Of a stretch of DNA of 64,000 nucleotides, positions 43,221-56,104 are shown piece after piece. Every line of letters begins with the position of its first letter. Positions within the stretch are counted from its first letter, which is position 1. The notes below the pieces were generated by a model that was given only the letters and a program-made list of their open reading frames with translations, was not told the origin of the DNA and ran no database searches. This DNA is from an uncultured Chloroflexia bacterium (GTDB taxonomy: Bacteria; Chloroflexota; Limnocylindria; QHBO01), in assembly GCA_963843015.1 (NCBI GenBank), contig CAWJIR010000011.1, forward strand, positions 16 to 64,015, given 5' to 3'. Position numbers and translations under genes: made by a program.

Positions 43221-46167
43221 ATGCCCTCGGACCGGATCGTCGTGCGCGGCGCGCGCGAGCACAACCTTCGGAACATCGACGTCGAGATGCCGCGCGACCG
43301 GCTGATCGTGATCACCGGGCTGTCCGGCTCGGGGAAGTCGAGCCTCGCATTCGACACGATCTACGCCGAGGGGCAGCGGCGCTACGTCGAGTCCCTCTCC
43401 GCCTACGCCCGCCAGTTCCTGGGCCAGATGGAGAAGCCGGACGTCGACCAGATCGACGGGCTCTCGCCGGCGATCAGCATCGACCAGAAGGGGGCGAGCA
43501 AGAATCCGCGGTCGACCGTCGGGACGGTCACCGAGATCTACGACTACCTCCGCCTCCTGTTCGCCCGCATCGGGCGCATGCACTGCCCGGTCTGCGGGCG
43601 CGAGATCGAGCGGCAGACGGTGGAGCAGATCGTCGACCAGCTGTACGCCCTGCCCGAGGGGACGCGCGTGCTCATCCTGGCGCCGGTGGTCCAGGACCGG
43701 AAGGGCGAGCACGAGAAGGTCCTGGCCGGTGCCCGGCAGGCCGGATTTGCGCGGGTCCGGCTCAACGGCGAGATCCACGACCTCGACGAGGAGATCACGC
43801 TCGACAAGAAGTTTCGCCATCGGATCGAGGTCGTCGTGGACCGGCTCGTCATCCGTCACGGCGACGCGGCCGAGGCCGATGGGGAACGGCCCGATGCCTC
43901 CCGGCTGGCCGACTCGATCGAGACCGCGCTCCGGCATGGCGGAGGGGACCGTCCTCGTCAACCTGCCCGACGAGGGGCAAGGATGGGACCGATCGGCTCT
44001 ACTCCGAGCGGTATGCCTGTCCCGAGCACGGCGGCTCCTTCGAGGAGCCCGCACCGCGGAACTTCTCGTTCAACTCCCCGCACGGGGCCTGCCCGGCCTG
44101 CACCGGGCTCGGCAGCCGGCTCGAGATCGACCCCGACCTCGTCCTCGCCGACCCGAGCCGCTCGATTCGCGACGGTGCCATCGTCCCGTGGCGCCGGATG
44201 GCGACCACCGACTCGTGGTTCGCGAAGATCCTCGACGCGGTTGCCACCAAGTACCGACTTCTCGCCCGATGACCCGGTCGCGGAGCTGAGCGAGGAGGCG
44301 CGCCAGCATCCTGCTCCACGGCAACGGCGGGGAGCGGGTCGTGGTCCGATACCAGTCGCGGTCGGGGGCGAGCCACGACTTCACGACGACGTTCGAGGGC
44401 GTCATCCCGAACCTTGCGCGACGCTACCGCGAGACCGGCTCGGAGGCGACCCGGCTCGAGATCGAGCGCTACATGACGACCCGTCCCTGCCCGACCTGCG
44501 GCGGGATGCGGCTCCGGCCCGAGTCGCTGGCGGTCACCGTCGGCGGGCAGAACATCATCGAGACGACCCGGCTGGCGGTGACTGACGCGCTCGAGTGGTA
44601 TCGGTCCCTCCCCAGCCGCCTGACCGATCGGGAGAACACGATCGCGCGCCAGGTGCTGAAGGAGATCCGGGCCCGCCTCGGGTTCCTGGTGGACGTCGGG
44701 CTCGACTACCTGACCCTCGACCGCGCCTCCGGGACCCTCAGTGGTGGGGAGGCGCAGCGGATCCGGCTGGCGACCCAGATCGGGTCGAGCCTGATGGGCG
44801 TGCTGTACATCCTCGACGAGCCGTCCATCGGCCTCCACCAGCGCGACAACGCGCGGCTGATCGCGACCCTGGTCCGGCTGCGCGACCTGGGCAACACCCT
44901 GATCGTGGTCGAGCACGACGAGGAGACGATCCGGTCCGCGGACTGGGTGATCGACATCGGGCCGCGAGCCGGAGAGCACGGCGGCCGGCTCATCCATTCC
45001 GGGCCGCTCGACGACCTGCTGCGCAACGAGCGCTCGATCACCGCGGACTACCTCCGGGGCGACCGATCGATCCCGGTGCCCGCGCCGGCGACGCCCGGGA
45101 AGCGGGGAGTGGCTCACGATCCGGGGCGCGGCGGAGAACAACCTGCGCGGGATCGACGTCGGCGTTCCCACTGGGCCGGATGGTGGCGGTGACCGGGGTG
45201 AGCGGGTCCGGGAAGTCGAGCCTCGTGACCCAGATCCTGTACCCGGCGCTCGCCCAGCGGCTGCACGGGGCGCGGGAGCGCGCCGGGCGCCACGCGGGCC
45301 TCGACGGCGTGGAGCACGTCGACAAGGTGATCGAGATCGACCAGAGCCCGATCGGGCGGACCCCGCGGTCGAACCCGGCCACCTATACCGGGTTGTGGAC
45401 CCCGCTCCGCGAGCTGCTCGCCGCCGTCCCCGAGGCGCGGCTGCGCGGGTACAAGCCGGGGCGCTTCAGCTTCAACGTCAAGGGCGGCCGCTGCGAGGCG
45501 TGCGAGGGGGCCGGCATCGTCCAGATCGAGATGCACTTCCTGCCGGACGTCTACGTCGCGTGCGAGGTGTGCAAGGGCCAGCGCTACAACCGCGAGACGC
45601 TCGAGATCCACTACAAGGGCAAGCAACGTCGCCGAGATCCTGGAGATGACGGTGGACGAGGCGCTCGACTTCTTCGGGCCGATTCCCGCCATCCGGACCC
45701 GGCTCCAGACCCTGCAGGACGTGGGGATGGGCTACGTCCATCTCGGCCAGCCGGCGACGACCCTGTCCGGCGGGGAGGCGCAGCGCGTCAAGCTCGCCAC
45801 CGAGCTCGCGCGGCGGGCGACGGGGAAGACGGCCTACATCCTCGATGAGCCGACGACCGGGCTCCACTTCGACGACGTCGCCCGCCTGCTGAAGGTCCTC
45901 GGACGGCTGGCCGACGCCGGCAACACGGTGATCGTGATCGAGCACAACCTCGACGTCATCAAGACGGCCGACTGGGTCATCGACCTCGGCCCGGAGGGCG
46001 GCGACGGCGGCGGCGCCCTCCTCGCCGCCGGGACGCCGGAGGCGGTGGCGGACGATCCCGCCTCGTACACCGGCCAGTACCTCCGCCGCGTCCTCGGCAT
46101 GCCCGCCGTCCTGCGGCCGAGCCGGCGCACGCGCGGCTCGCGCCGTCCCGCCGCCGTGTCCGCTTGA
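43221..46167 (+). CDS. uvrA: excinuclease ABC subunit A (multiple frameshifts)
   Basis: [34 protein letters not shown], a second P-loop [11 protein letters not shown], zinc-finger cysteines, [12 protein letters not shown]. Fragments include ORFs 43203.., 43999.. region, 44341..45192, 44595..45848 and 45646..46167. Confidence 0.97.
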
Positions 46168-46175
46168 CCGATCGG

Positions 46176-46181
46176 TAAGAT
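46176..46181 (+). promoter_or_regulatory. -10 hexamer TAAGAT, 8 nt upstream of ATG-46190
   Basis: It is embedded in ACCGATCGGTAAGATCGGTCT. Confidence 0.5.
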
Positions 46182-46189
46182 CGGTCTCG

Positions 46190-46754
46190 ATGCCGACCCG
46201 CGAAGACGCCGTCGCGCTCCTCCACGAGTGGAACGAGAATCCGTCGCTGCGCAAGCACGGGATCCTGGTCGAGGCCGGGGTCCGCGGCTACGCCACCGAT
46301 GACGGCGGCGACGCCGAGACGGTGGAGCGGTGGGGGATCGCCGGGCTCCTCCACGACCTCGATTACGAGCGGTTCCCGGATCCCGCGACCCACGGTGCGA
46401 TCGGCGCCGAGGAGCTCGCGCGGCGCGGATATCCCGACGACGTGGTCCACGCCGTCCGGTCCCACAACGACATGCTCGGCATTCCCCGCACCAGCCGCCT
46501 CGACCACCTGGTCTACGCCTGTGACGAGCTGGCCGGCTTCCTGGTCGCGGTCGCGCTCATGCGGCCCAGCCGCAAGCTGGCCGACGTCGAGCCCGCGAAC
46601 GTCCGCAAGCGGATGAAGGACAAGGCGTTCGCCCGCGCCGTGCCGCGCGAGATGCTCCTCGCCGGGGCGGACGAGATCGGCACTGGCATTCGACGACCAC
46701 GTCGCGAACATGGTTCGCTACCTCGACGCGGTGGCGGCCGACGTCGGCCTGTAG
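46190..46754 (+). CDS. HD-domain metal-dependent phosphohydrolase
   Basis: GLLHDLDYE and VRSHN motifs. The C-terminus ALAFDDHVANMVRYLDAVAADVGL* is recovered by a frame switch at ~46685. Confidence 0.72.
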
Positions 46755-48453
46755 GCCGCGATCGGATCCGCTGCCGGCCGCCCCATCAGCTCCGCCACGA
46801 ACGGTGACGCGCGCTCCGGGTCGTGGGCGAGGATCAACCGCTCGCCGGCAGCGGGTGACGGCCACGTAGGCGAGCCGCCGCTCCTCCTCGAGGGCACGTT
46901 CGGGGTCGAGCGCGTCGGCCAGCGCCCGCTGGTTCGGGAAGCGGTCGATCTCCATCCCGAGGATGACCACGGTCGGCCACTCGCGGCCCTTCGTGCCGTG
47001 GACGGTCGCCAGCTCGATCGGCGCGTCGGGGTCGCGCAGGGCGGCGATGCGTGCCCGGGCGGCGTCGATGCGCCGCGAGGTAGCGCGTCCGCCCGGCGGT
47101 GGTCCGACCGCCCAGCCGATGGCGGCGTCGAGGGCCGCATGCGCCTCCTCGCCAATCGCGTCCGACGGGTCGCCACGGCGCCAGCCGCGTCTGTGCACGA
47201 GCCTCGCAGGAGGGCCGGGAGCTGGAGCCCGCGCCGGGTCGCCGCCGCGAAGATCCTCGAGCAAGTGCCGTGACCGGCTCCGCGTCGAGCAGCGACGGGA
47301 TGGTGGTGGCGTGGGGAATGCCGGCGCGGAGCAGCGCGACGATCAACGGTCCAAGCTCGGCGCGGGTGCGCGCCAGCACGGCGACCCGACCACCGGTCGG
47401 CGGCCCACCGCGGCAGCTCGGCAGCCAGTCGATCGGGCGCGTCCGCACCGCGGAGTGGCCACACCTGGATCGGGCTGGCCTGAGCCGCGGCCAGCCGGGC
47501 GCGCGGCGCGCAGGCGCTTCGGGACGCGCTCCCGGTTGCGTGAGATCAGCCGGTCGGCGGCGGCCACCACCTCCGGCGGGCAGCGGTAGTTCGTCTCGAG
47601 GACGATCCGCGTGGCGTCGGGGTATCGGACCGGGAACTCGAGAATGCGGCGGACATCGGCCAGTCGCCAGGCATAGATCGTCTGGTCGTCATCGCCGACG
47701 ACGAGCAGGTTTCGTTCCGGCTCGGCGAGGAGGGCGACCAGCTCCAGCTGGGTGGCGTCGACGTCCTGGAACTCGTCGACCAGGACGTGGCTGAAGCGGC
47801 TCTGCCAGTCGTGCCGCGCAACCGGGTCCTCGGCGGAGCCGCGCCAGCGCCTCCGCCAGCAGGCCGTCGAAGTCGAGAGCGCCCCCCGCAGCGAGGAGCT
47901 CGAAGGTAGGCCGCGACCACCTCGGCCAGCGGGCCGTCCGGTGCTTCGGCCCTCCAGGATCGAGGCCGAGACGACGGCGTCCAGCGCCTCGGCGTCCGGC
48001 AAGCCGTCGCTACCCGGAAGGGTGGCGAGCACCTGGCGTCGCGCGCGGCGCAGCAACGGGAGCCGATCCGGCCACCAGACGCGGCGGCCGATCGCCGTCG
48101 AGGACGACCTGGCGAGCGAGGGCGTGGAGGGTCCGCACCTCCGGACCGTCCATGCCGGGCGTCAGTCCGAGCGTGGCCTTGATCCGGTTGCTCAGCTCGT
48201 TGGCTGCGTCACGGTTGAAGGTGACCGCCAGGATTCGTGGCCCTGGCACCCCGCGGTCGACGAGGACGCCGATGCGCGCGACGAGGGTCGCGGTCTTGCC
48301 GCTTCCGGCGGGCGCGATGATCTGGGCTGGCCCGGAACCGAGCGTGGCCGCGCGACGCTGCCGATCGTCGAGGGCGGCGAGCAGGTTGGCGACCGACGTC
48401 GTCACAGCCCGCGCCAGCCTGCACGCCGCGCTTACGGCGCGATGAGCCGCCAA
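46718..48453 (-). CDS. UvrD/PcrA/Rep-family ATP-dependent DNA helicase (heavily frameshifted)
   Basis: APAGSGKTATLV, AVTFNRDAANEL, VLVDEFQDVD, VVGDDDQTIYAWR, TVHGTKGREWPTVV, RLAYVAVTR. These are spread over ORFs 48010..48453, 47343..48056, 46834..47448, 46557..47264 and 46718..47464. Confidence 0.85.
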
Positions 48454-48509
48454 TTCAGGCGTGGGCGAGGCTCAGCCGCTATCCTTCCGCCGCCAAATCG
48501 CTGGAGTTC

Positions 48510-49777
48510 GTGCCGCAGCTTGACCGGCCACTGATGTTCCGACTCACCGGGGGTCGCGCCCAGGCGCGCCCGTCGGCGCGCACCCGTCGCCTCCAGGCCG
48601 CCGTCGCCCGCGAGGAGCGGCTCCGCAAGAAGGGCATCAACAGCGGCGCCACGCGCGAGGAGCTCGCGCGCCAGCCTCGAGGCCTCGATCCGGGCGGACG
48701 AGCGAGCGAGGCTCGGCGCCTCGCGGCCGGCGCCGTGCCCATTCGCCGGGTCCTGGGTATCGGGATGCTGTTCGTGATCGGCGGCCTGCTCCTCGGCGCC
48801 GTGCTCCTGTGGCAGCGTGCCGACGCCTTCAACCGTGCGGTGAGCACCGCGCCGAGCCTGTCATCGGCGCTGCTCGGCCCGCTGGCCGGCGGGCCGCCGG
48901 TCAACATCGCGTTCATCGGCTACGCCGGGCGCGAGGGTCATGGCGGGCGCTACCTGGCGGACTCGCTGAACATCCTGTCCATCGACCCGTCCACCAACGC
49001 CACGACGCTCATCGCCATTCCCCGCGACCTGTGGGTCGAGGGCCATCCCCTGTTCCCCGAGAACGCGAAGGTCAACGAGGCGTTCGCGGTGGGCTGGGAC
49101 GCGGGCGGCGTGCACGAGGCCGGTCGAGCCCAGACCGATGTGCTCGAGTACGTCACCGGCCTGCCGATCGACCACTGGATCGCCCTCGACTTCGACGGCC
49201 TGGCCGGCGTCGTCGATGCGGTGGGCGGCGATCACCGTCGACAACCCGCGGGCCTTCGCCTACACCCTGAACGAGGACAACTACCAGGCAACGGGTTCTT
49301 CGACGGCGGGCGAGTTCGGCGCCGGCCAGCTCGAGCTCGACGGCGCCTCGGCCCTGGCCTACGCCCGCGCGCGGTACACGTCAGACCCGGCCGAGGCCAG
49401 CGACTTCGCCCGCTCCATCCGCCAGCAGCGGGTCCTGGCCGGCGCTGCGCAGCAAGCTGGGCGACGGCTTCCCCGGCTCGATCGGGCCGGGCCTGGCGCT
49501 CATGGACGTGCTGTCCACCCACCTCGCCACCGACCTGTCGGCCATCGACCTCGCGCTCCTGAGCGGCCACCTGTCGCCCGATCGGCGGATCGAGCTGACC
49601 GAGGGCCTCATCCTCGAGGCGACGACCACCGACGATGGTCGGTACGTCCTGGTGGTCATCGGGCGAGCGCACGGCGCGGACTACGCGCCGCTCCACGCCT
49701 ACCTCGCCGATGAGCTGGCGAAGCCGATGCCCACGCCCGTCCCGAGCGGCAGTCCGGCGTCCAGCGGAGGTCCCTGA
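48510..49777 (+). CDS. LCP (LytR-CpsA-Psr) family cell-envelope phosphotransferase
   Basis: TM: IGMLFVIGGLLLGAVLLW. The LCP core is DSLNILSIDPSTNATTLIAIPRDLWV..IDHWIALDFDGLAGVVDAVGG. Frame switches at ~49235 and ~49440. The start is uncertain (GTG-48510 or ATG-48534). Confidence 0.82.
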
Positions 49778-49798
49778 CCCGGTCGTCCGCGCCCGCCC

Positions 49799-49804
49799 TA
49801 GAAT
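49799..49804 (+). promoter_or_regulatory. -10 hexamer TAGAAT, 6 nt upstream of GTG-49811 (uvrC)
   Basis: CTAGAATCGGTCA is identical to the uvrB upstream 13-mer. Confidence 0.5.
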
Positions 49805-49810
49805 CGGTCA

Positions 49811-51731
49811 GTGGCCCCTTCCCCGCGCCGTCGGCTCATCTCCGGGCCATCCTGCGGCACATCCCGAACGCGCCCGGCGTGTACCTGTTCCGCGCCGCGG
49901 ACCGCCGCGTCCTGTACGTCGGCAAGGCGAACACCCTCCGGAACCGGGTGCGGAACCACTTCGAGGCCGGCGGCCAGGTCGAGGCTCGCCACGCGAAGAT
50001 GGTGGCCGACACGGCGGACATCGAGTACATCGTCACCGACACCATCGGCGAGGCGTACATCCTCGAGGGCAACCTCATCAAGGAGCATCGGCCCCGCTTC
50101 AACATCCGCCTGAAGGACGACAAGAGCTACCCATTCGTCCGGATCACGATGGCCGAGGACTTTCCCCGCATCGTCCGGACCCGCAAGCTGGTCCGCGACG
50201 GGAGCCGCTACTTCGGCCCGTATGCATCGGCTTCCTCGGTCGACGAGACCCTGCGCCTGCTGAGCAAGATCTTCCCGTTCCGGACCTGCGACCTCGACAT
50301 CCCGGCCGGCACCCGCGTCCTCGAGCGCCCGTGCCTCCTCTACCACATCAAGCGCTGCCAGGGCCCGTGCATCGGGGCGATCGAGACCGATGAGTACCGC
50401 GCCACGATCACCCAGGTCGTCGACTTCCTCGAGGGCCGCCAGGAAGGCATCGCCGACCAGCTCCGGGGCGAGATGGAGACCCACTCGGAGGCACTCCGCT
50501 ACGAGGCGGCGGCCGTGGCCCGCGACAAGCTCAAGGCGGTGGAGTGGACGATCGAGCAGCAGAAGGTCGCCGCCTTCAGCCGGGAGGAGCACGACGTCAT
50601 CGGCCTCGCGCGCGACCGGAACGAGGCCTGCTTCCAGGTCTTCGTCATCCGCAACGGGAAGATGATCGGCCGCGAGCATTTCATCGCGGAGGGGGCCGGC
50701 GATCAGGCGGACGACGACGTCCTCGCCTCCTTCCTGCAGCAGTACTACACGTCCACCGAGCGACCGCCGCGGTCGATCCTGCTGCCGCTCATGCCCGCCG
50801 ACGCCGAGACGCTGGGTGGCGTGCTGGGCCGGCTGCGAGGGAGCGGCGTGCGGCTCCACGTCCCGACCCGTGGCGCCAAGCGGAGGCTGGTGGCACTCGC
50901 CTCGGAGAACGCGGCGGAAGCCCTGGCCAAGGATCGTGCCGAGTGGCTCGCGGACCGCGGGGCGCGAGCCGAAGCGCTCGTCGGGCTGGCCCGGGCACTG
51001 GACCTGGCCGAGCCCCCGCACCGGATCGAGTGCTACGACATGAGCAACATCCAGGGCACGAGCGCGGTGGGCAGCATGGTGGTGTTCACCGATGGCGCGC
51101 CGGACAACCGGCAGTACCGGCGGTTCCGGATCCGGAGCGGGGAGACGCCGGACGACTTCCGGATGATGGCCGAGGTCCTGCGCCGCCGATTCGGACGTGC
51201 CGCTCGCCTGCGGCAGCAGACCGGCGCCATCGAGCCCTCGTCGGTCGGCGTCGACGAGGATGCCGTGGACGGCCAGGAGTGGGCGCTGCCCGACCTGGTC
51301 ATCGTGGACGGCGGGAAGGGCCAGCTGTCCGCCGCGACCGGGGTCCTGGACGACCTCGGCCTCGGACACCTCCCGGTCGCCGGCCTGGCCAAGCGATTCG
51401 AGGAGCTCTACGTCCGCGGCCAGCCCGATCCGATCATCCTGCCGGCCAAGGCGCCGGCCCTGTACCTCGTCCAGCGCATTCGCGACGAGGCGCATCGGTT
51501 CGCGATCACCTACCACCGCCAGGTCCGGGGCCGAACGCGCGCTCGCGCAGCCTCTTCGACGACGTCCCCGGCATCGGTCCGGCGCGCCGGGCGGCCCTGC
51601 TCCGCCGGTTCGGCAGCGTGCGTGCCCTGCGCGACGCCTCGGTCGAGGAGATCGCCGCCGCCCCGCTCATGAGCGACGCGCTCGCCGAACGGGTCAAGAG
51701 CGCGCTGGCGCGCGAGGGGCGGCTCGCCTAG
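49811..51731 (+). CDS. uvrC: excinuclease ABC subunit C
   Basis: The GIY-YIG domain has GVYLFRAADRRVLYVGKANTLRNRV. UVR: ALRYEAAAVARDKL. The endonuclease domain and C-terminal HhH (VPGIGPARRAALLRRFGS) are present. Frame switches right after the start and at ~51520. Confidence 0.95.
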
Positions 51732-51808
51732 GTCACGGCTATACTCACCGCGGCCGCCGCATGGCGGCGTGTTTATTGTCCGAGGGCCGGAGGGACACTC
51801 CACCGAGC

Positions 51809-53136
51809 ATGACCTGGCGCCGCATCGCCCCCTGGGTGATCCTCGCGATCACGCTGCTGGCCCTCTACATCGACCTCCCGCGCAAGACCACCGGGGCCAC
51901 CTTCCTTCCGCTTCCCGACAGCATCCGAACGGTGCTGGGCCTCGACCTGCAGGGCGGGATCAGCGTCACGCTCGAAGTCCAGGCCGTGAGCGGGCGAGGA
52001 GCCGGACCCGGAACGGGTCGAGACTGGCCCGGGCCATCATCGAGCGGCGCGTCGCGGGCATCGGCGTCACCGAGCCGACTGTCCGGACCGAGGTCGGCGC
52101 CAACGGCAGAGGCCCGGATCGTGGTCGAAGTCCCGGGCGTCAGCGACCGCAACCAGGTTCTCCAGCTCGTCGGCTCGACCGGTCAGCTCCTGTTCCTCGA
52201 CCCCGCCGGCACGACCCTGACCGTCGGCCAGAACGTCATCGACCTCATCGGCGCGGGCACGATCAACGTCCTGTTCGACGGCGGCGAGATCCAGCAGGGG
52301 AGCGTCGTGCCCGACACGAGCCAGAGCGGGCAGGTGGGGGTGAGCTTCACCCTGTCGCCGGAGGCGGAGCAGATCTGGTGCGAGTACACGACCTCCCACA
52401 CGCAGCAGCCAGGCCCGATCGCGCTCGATGGCGAGGTCATCACCACGCCGATCATTCAACAGGCCGATCTGCGGCGGCCGGACGATCATCACGGTCGGGG
52501 CCGGCGCCGAGGCGACGCTCGAGCAGACCACGCTCTACAACCAGCTCCGGTTCGGTGCTCTGCCGGTCTCGTTGACGGTCCAGGAAGTGACGGCGATCCA
52601 GCCCACCCTGGGCCGCGACTTCCTCAACCAGGCGCTGGTCGCCGGCGCTGGTCGGGCTGGCGCTCGTCCTGTTCTTCATGATCGCCAACTACCGCTTGCC
52701 GGGCGTCCTCGCCTCGCTGGCGTTGCTCTTCTACACGCTGGTCGTGTACGCGATCTTCCGGATCATCCCGGTCACCCTGACCCTGGCCGGGGTGGCCGCC
52801 TTCATCCTGAGCATCGGCATGGCGGTGGACGCCAACATCCTCATCTTCGAACGGATGAAGGAGGAGATCCGGGCCGGCAAGACGCTCGGGCCGGCCATCG
52901 AGGCCGGCTTCAACCGCGCGTGGTCCAGCATCCTCGACTCGAACGTCAGCTCGCTGCTCATCGCCGGCTGGCTGTTCTGGCAGGGCACCAGCGTGATCCG
53001 TGGCTTCGCCCTCGTGCTGGCCATCGGCGTGCTGGTGTCCATGTTCAGCGCCGTCGTCGTGACCCGGACGCTGCTCCGGATGGTCATCCACCGCGAGTGG
53101 GGACGGCGGATCGAGTACTACCACGTGGAGCGCTGA
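51809..53136 (+). CDS. secD: protein translocase subunit SecD (frameshifted)
   Basis: N-terminal TM, then LGLDLQGGISV. The C-terminal membrane domain is ILSIGMAVDANILIFERMKEE. There are at least 4 frame switches. TATACT at 51740-51745 would give a ~63-nt leader. Confidence 0.9.
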
Positions 53137-53139
53137 CCG

Positions 53140-54263
53140 ATGTACGACATCGTCGGCAAGCGCCGCTGGTACTACCTGTTCAGCGCCCTGCTCACGATCC
53201 CGGGCCTGATCTTCATCGCCCTCGGCGGCCTCAAGCCGTCCATCGACTTCACCGGCGGGACGGTCTGGCAGGTTCGTTTCCTCGACGACCCGGCGGCAGA
53301 CGAGGTCCATGCCGCGCTCGTCGAGCTCGGCCATCCCGAGGCCACGGTGGAGGCGGTGGACGGCGGCTTCCTCGAGATTCGGCTCGCGCCGATCGAATTC
53401 CCGATCGTCGGCGGCATCCCGACGCCCACCCCGAACCCGTCGGGGTCGCCGAGCGAGAGCCCGGCCGCGTCGGTGGCAGCGTCGCCATCCGGCCAGCGGT
53501 GAAGCGTCACCCGCGCCGACGTCGAGTGGGTCTCCCACGCCCAGCCCGTCGCCGACCCGTCGCCCACGCCCAGTCCCGCGCCGAGCGCGACACCCGAGCC
53601 CACCCCCGAACCGCCGACGGTCGCCGGGACACCGATCGAGGAGCTCGTCGTCGAGCTCGAGGACCGAGTTCGGCTTTTCCGAGACGCGGTCGCTGAACAC
53701 GGTCGGCCCGATCATCGGCACGGAGCTGGTCCGCAGCTCGATCGTGATCCTCGCCGTCGGCGAGGCGTTCATCCTCTTCTACCTGTGGTACCGGTTCCGG
53801 AGCATTCGCTTCGGGGCGGCGGCCATCGTCGCCCTGCTCCACGACGTGATCGTGGTCGTCGGGCGCGTTCGCCATCCTGGGCTTCTTCTTCGGTGTCGAG
53901 TTCGACGCGCTGTTCGTGACCGCCCTCCTGACGGTCATCGGCTTCTCCGTCCATGACTCGATCGTCGTCTTCGACCGGATCCGGGAGAACCGCCTCCGCC
54001 ACGCCGGGGAGTCGTTCGGCGCGATCGTGAACCACTCGATCCTCCAGACGATGGGCCGGTCGATCAACACCTCGCTGACCGTCGTCGCGACGACCAGCGC
54101 GTTGCTGCTCCTCGGACCGGTCGACGATCCAGACCTTCACGCTGGCCCTGCTGATCGGGATCGTCAGCGGGACCTACTCGTCGATCTTCAACGCGAGCCA
54201 GATCCTGGTGTCGTGGGACGAGTGGGCCAACGTCGGAAGGCGCGTCGCAGCGACCGCCAAGTA
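53140..54263 (+). CDS. secF: protein translocase subunit SecF (frameshifted, with Pro/Ser-rich insert)
   Basis: [54 protein letters not shown] and [24 protein letters not shown] at 54261-54263. Confidence 0.9.
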
Positions 54264-54323
54264 GCTCGCCGCTGCGGCCGCGGTAAGCCGGACACCGTCG
54301 GCCGCCTCTACCATGGCGGCAGC

Positions 54324-56104
54324 ATGATCCGGCCCCGGTTCGAATGGCTCCTTCCGCCGCCGTTGGACCATTCGCCGGTGCTGGCCGGGTTCAGCGCCCC
54401 GGTGGCGACCCTCCTCGCCCGTCGCGGGATCCAGACCGATGCCGAAGCCGGGCGCTTCCTCGAGGCCGGCCCTGAGGACCTCCCACCGGTGTCGCTGATG
54501 ACCGATGCCGGAGACGGCGCTCGACCGGATCGAGCCGGGCGGTCGACCAGGGGGAGCCGATCGCGATCTGGGGCGACTACGACGCCGATGGCATGACCGC
54601 GGTCGCCATCTGGGTCCTCGCGCTGCGCCGCCTGGGCGTCGAGCCCATCCGGTACGTCCCGTCTCGCCTGGCCGAGGGCTACGGGCTCTCGGTTGACGGT
54701 CTCCGCGCGCTCGCCGATCGCGGGGCGCGGCTGGTGGTGACCTGCGACTGCGGGGTCGGGAACGTCGGCGGAGGTGGCCGCCGCCCGTGAGCTGGGGATG
54801 GACGTCATCGTCACCGACCACCACGTCCCGCTCGGCGCGCTGCCCGGCCGCGGTCGCGGTGGTCGACCCCCATCGGCCCGACTGCCCGTACCCGAACCCG
54901 CGACCTGACCGGTGCGGGGCTCGCGTACCGGCTGGCGACCGCGCTCCTGGCCCGGCGCGGACCGCAAGTCGCGCGACCTCGCCGCGCTCGGCGCGCATCG
55001 GCACCATCGCCGACATGGCGCCGATGATCGGGGAGAGCCGGGCCATCGTCCGAATGGGCCTGGCCGAGCTGGCCGACGACCACCCATCCCGGGCTGCGCG
55101 GCCTGCTCGCCCGCGCGCGCGGAGGATCCGGCCCACCCGACGGCCCGTGACGTGGGGTTCGGCATCGTCCCGCGCCTGAACGCGGCCGGTCGCATCGCGG
55201 ACGCCGAGCTCGCGCTGGACCTGCTGGTCGCGACCGATGCGGCCGAAGCCGAGCGCGCTCCTCGTCGAGCTGGAAGCGGTGCACGAGCGGCGCCGCGAGC
55301 TGACGACGGTCGCGATCGCGGGCGGCGCGCCGCGCTGGTCGCCGAATCGCCCGGGCACCGGCCCGATCGCGCTTCGTGACGACACCTGGCCCGCCGGGCC
55401 TGCTCGGGCCTGGTTGCCGGCCGCCTGGCGGACGAGCTGGCTCGCCCGGTGGCCGCCGCCGCGCTCGTGGAATCCGAGGTCCGCGGATCGGTGCGGGCGA
55501 CGCCTGACTTCGACGTCGCCCGTCGGGCTCGAGGCGTGCGGCGCGCACCTGACCAAGCGCGGCGGCCATGCCGCGGCCGGCGGATTCAGCGCCGCGCCCG
55601 GACGCGTGGGACGCCTTCGTCGACGCATGTTCGAGGCCCTGCCGCGGCCGTTCCCGGCCGGCGCGGTCGCGACCCTCGCCCGGCCGGACGAGCTCGCCGT
55701 GGATCTCGTCCTGCCGGCGCGCTACGTCGGCTGGCCGCTGCTCGCCGAGCTCGATCGCCTGCTGCCCGTACGGCCCCGGCAACTCGAGCCGATGCTGGCG
55801 GTGACCGGGCTGACGGTGGGCGACGCGCGGCGGGTCGGCGCCGGCGGCGAATCACCTCTCGATGCGCCTGCGTCGCGGTCCCGAGACGATCGACGCCATC
55901 GCCTTCGGGGTCGAGGAGGATCGCGAGACACCCGGAGCCGGCGTGGCGCTCGACGTGGTCGGCGACGCTCGAGTCGCGGACGTTCGACGGGGAGCCGCGG
56001 CTCCAGCTCCGGGTCGTGGACTACGCGACGGCCGATGCGTCGCCACTCCTCGGCCGCCGCGGGCGACTGCGCTCCGGCGCCGGCCGGTGCCGGTGGCGGG
56101 ATGA
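54324..56104 (+). CDS. recJ: single-stranded-DNA-specific exonuclease RecJ (heavily frameshifted)
   Basis: DHH motifs [30 protein letters not shown]1: [16 protein letters not shown] lies 9 nt before ATG-54324. The inferred stop overlaps the pyrF start (ATGA at 56101-56104). Confidence 0.88.

Noticed and set aside
46718-46754. A ~37-nt convergent overlap of the HD-domain gene and the UvrD-like helicase 3' ends, possibly an antisense regulatory feature
   Set aside because: Both C-termini were reconstructed through frameshifts, so the overlap is within the uncertainty of the true stop codons.
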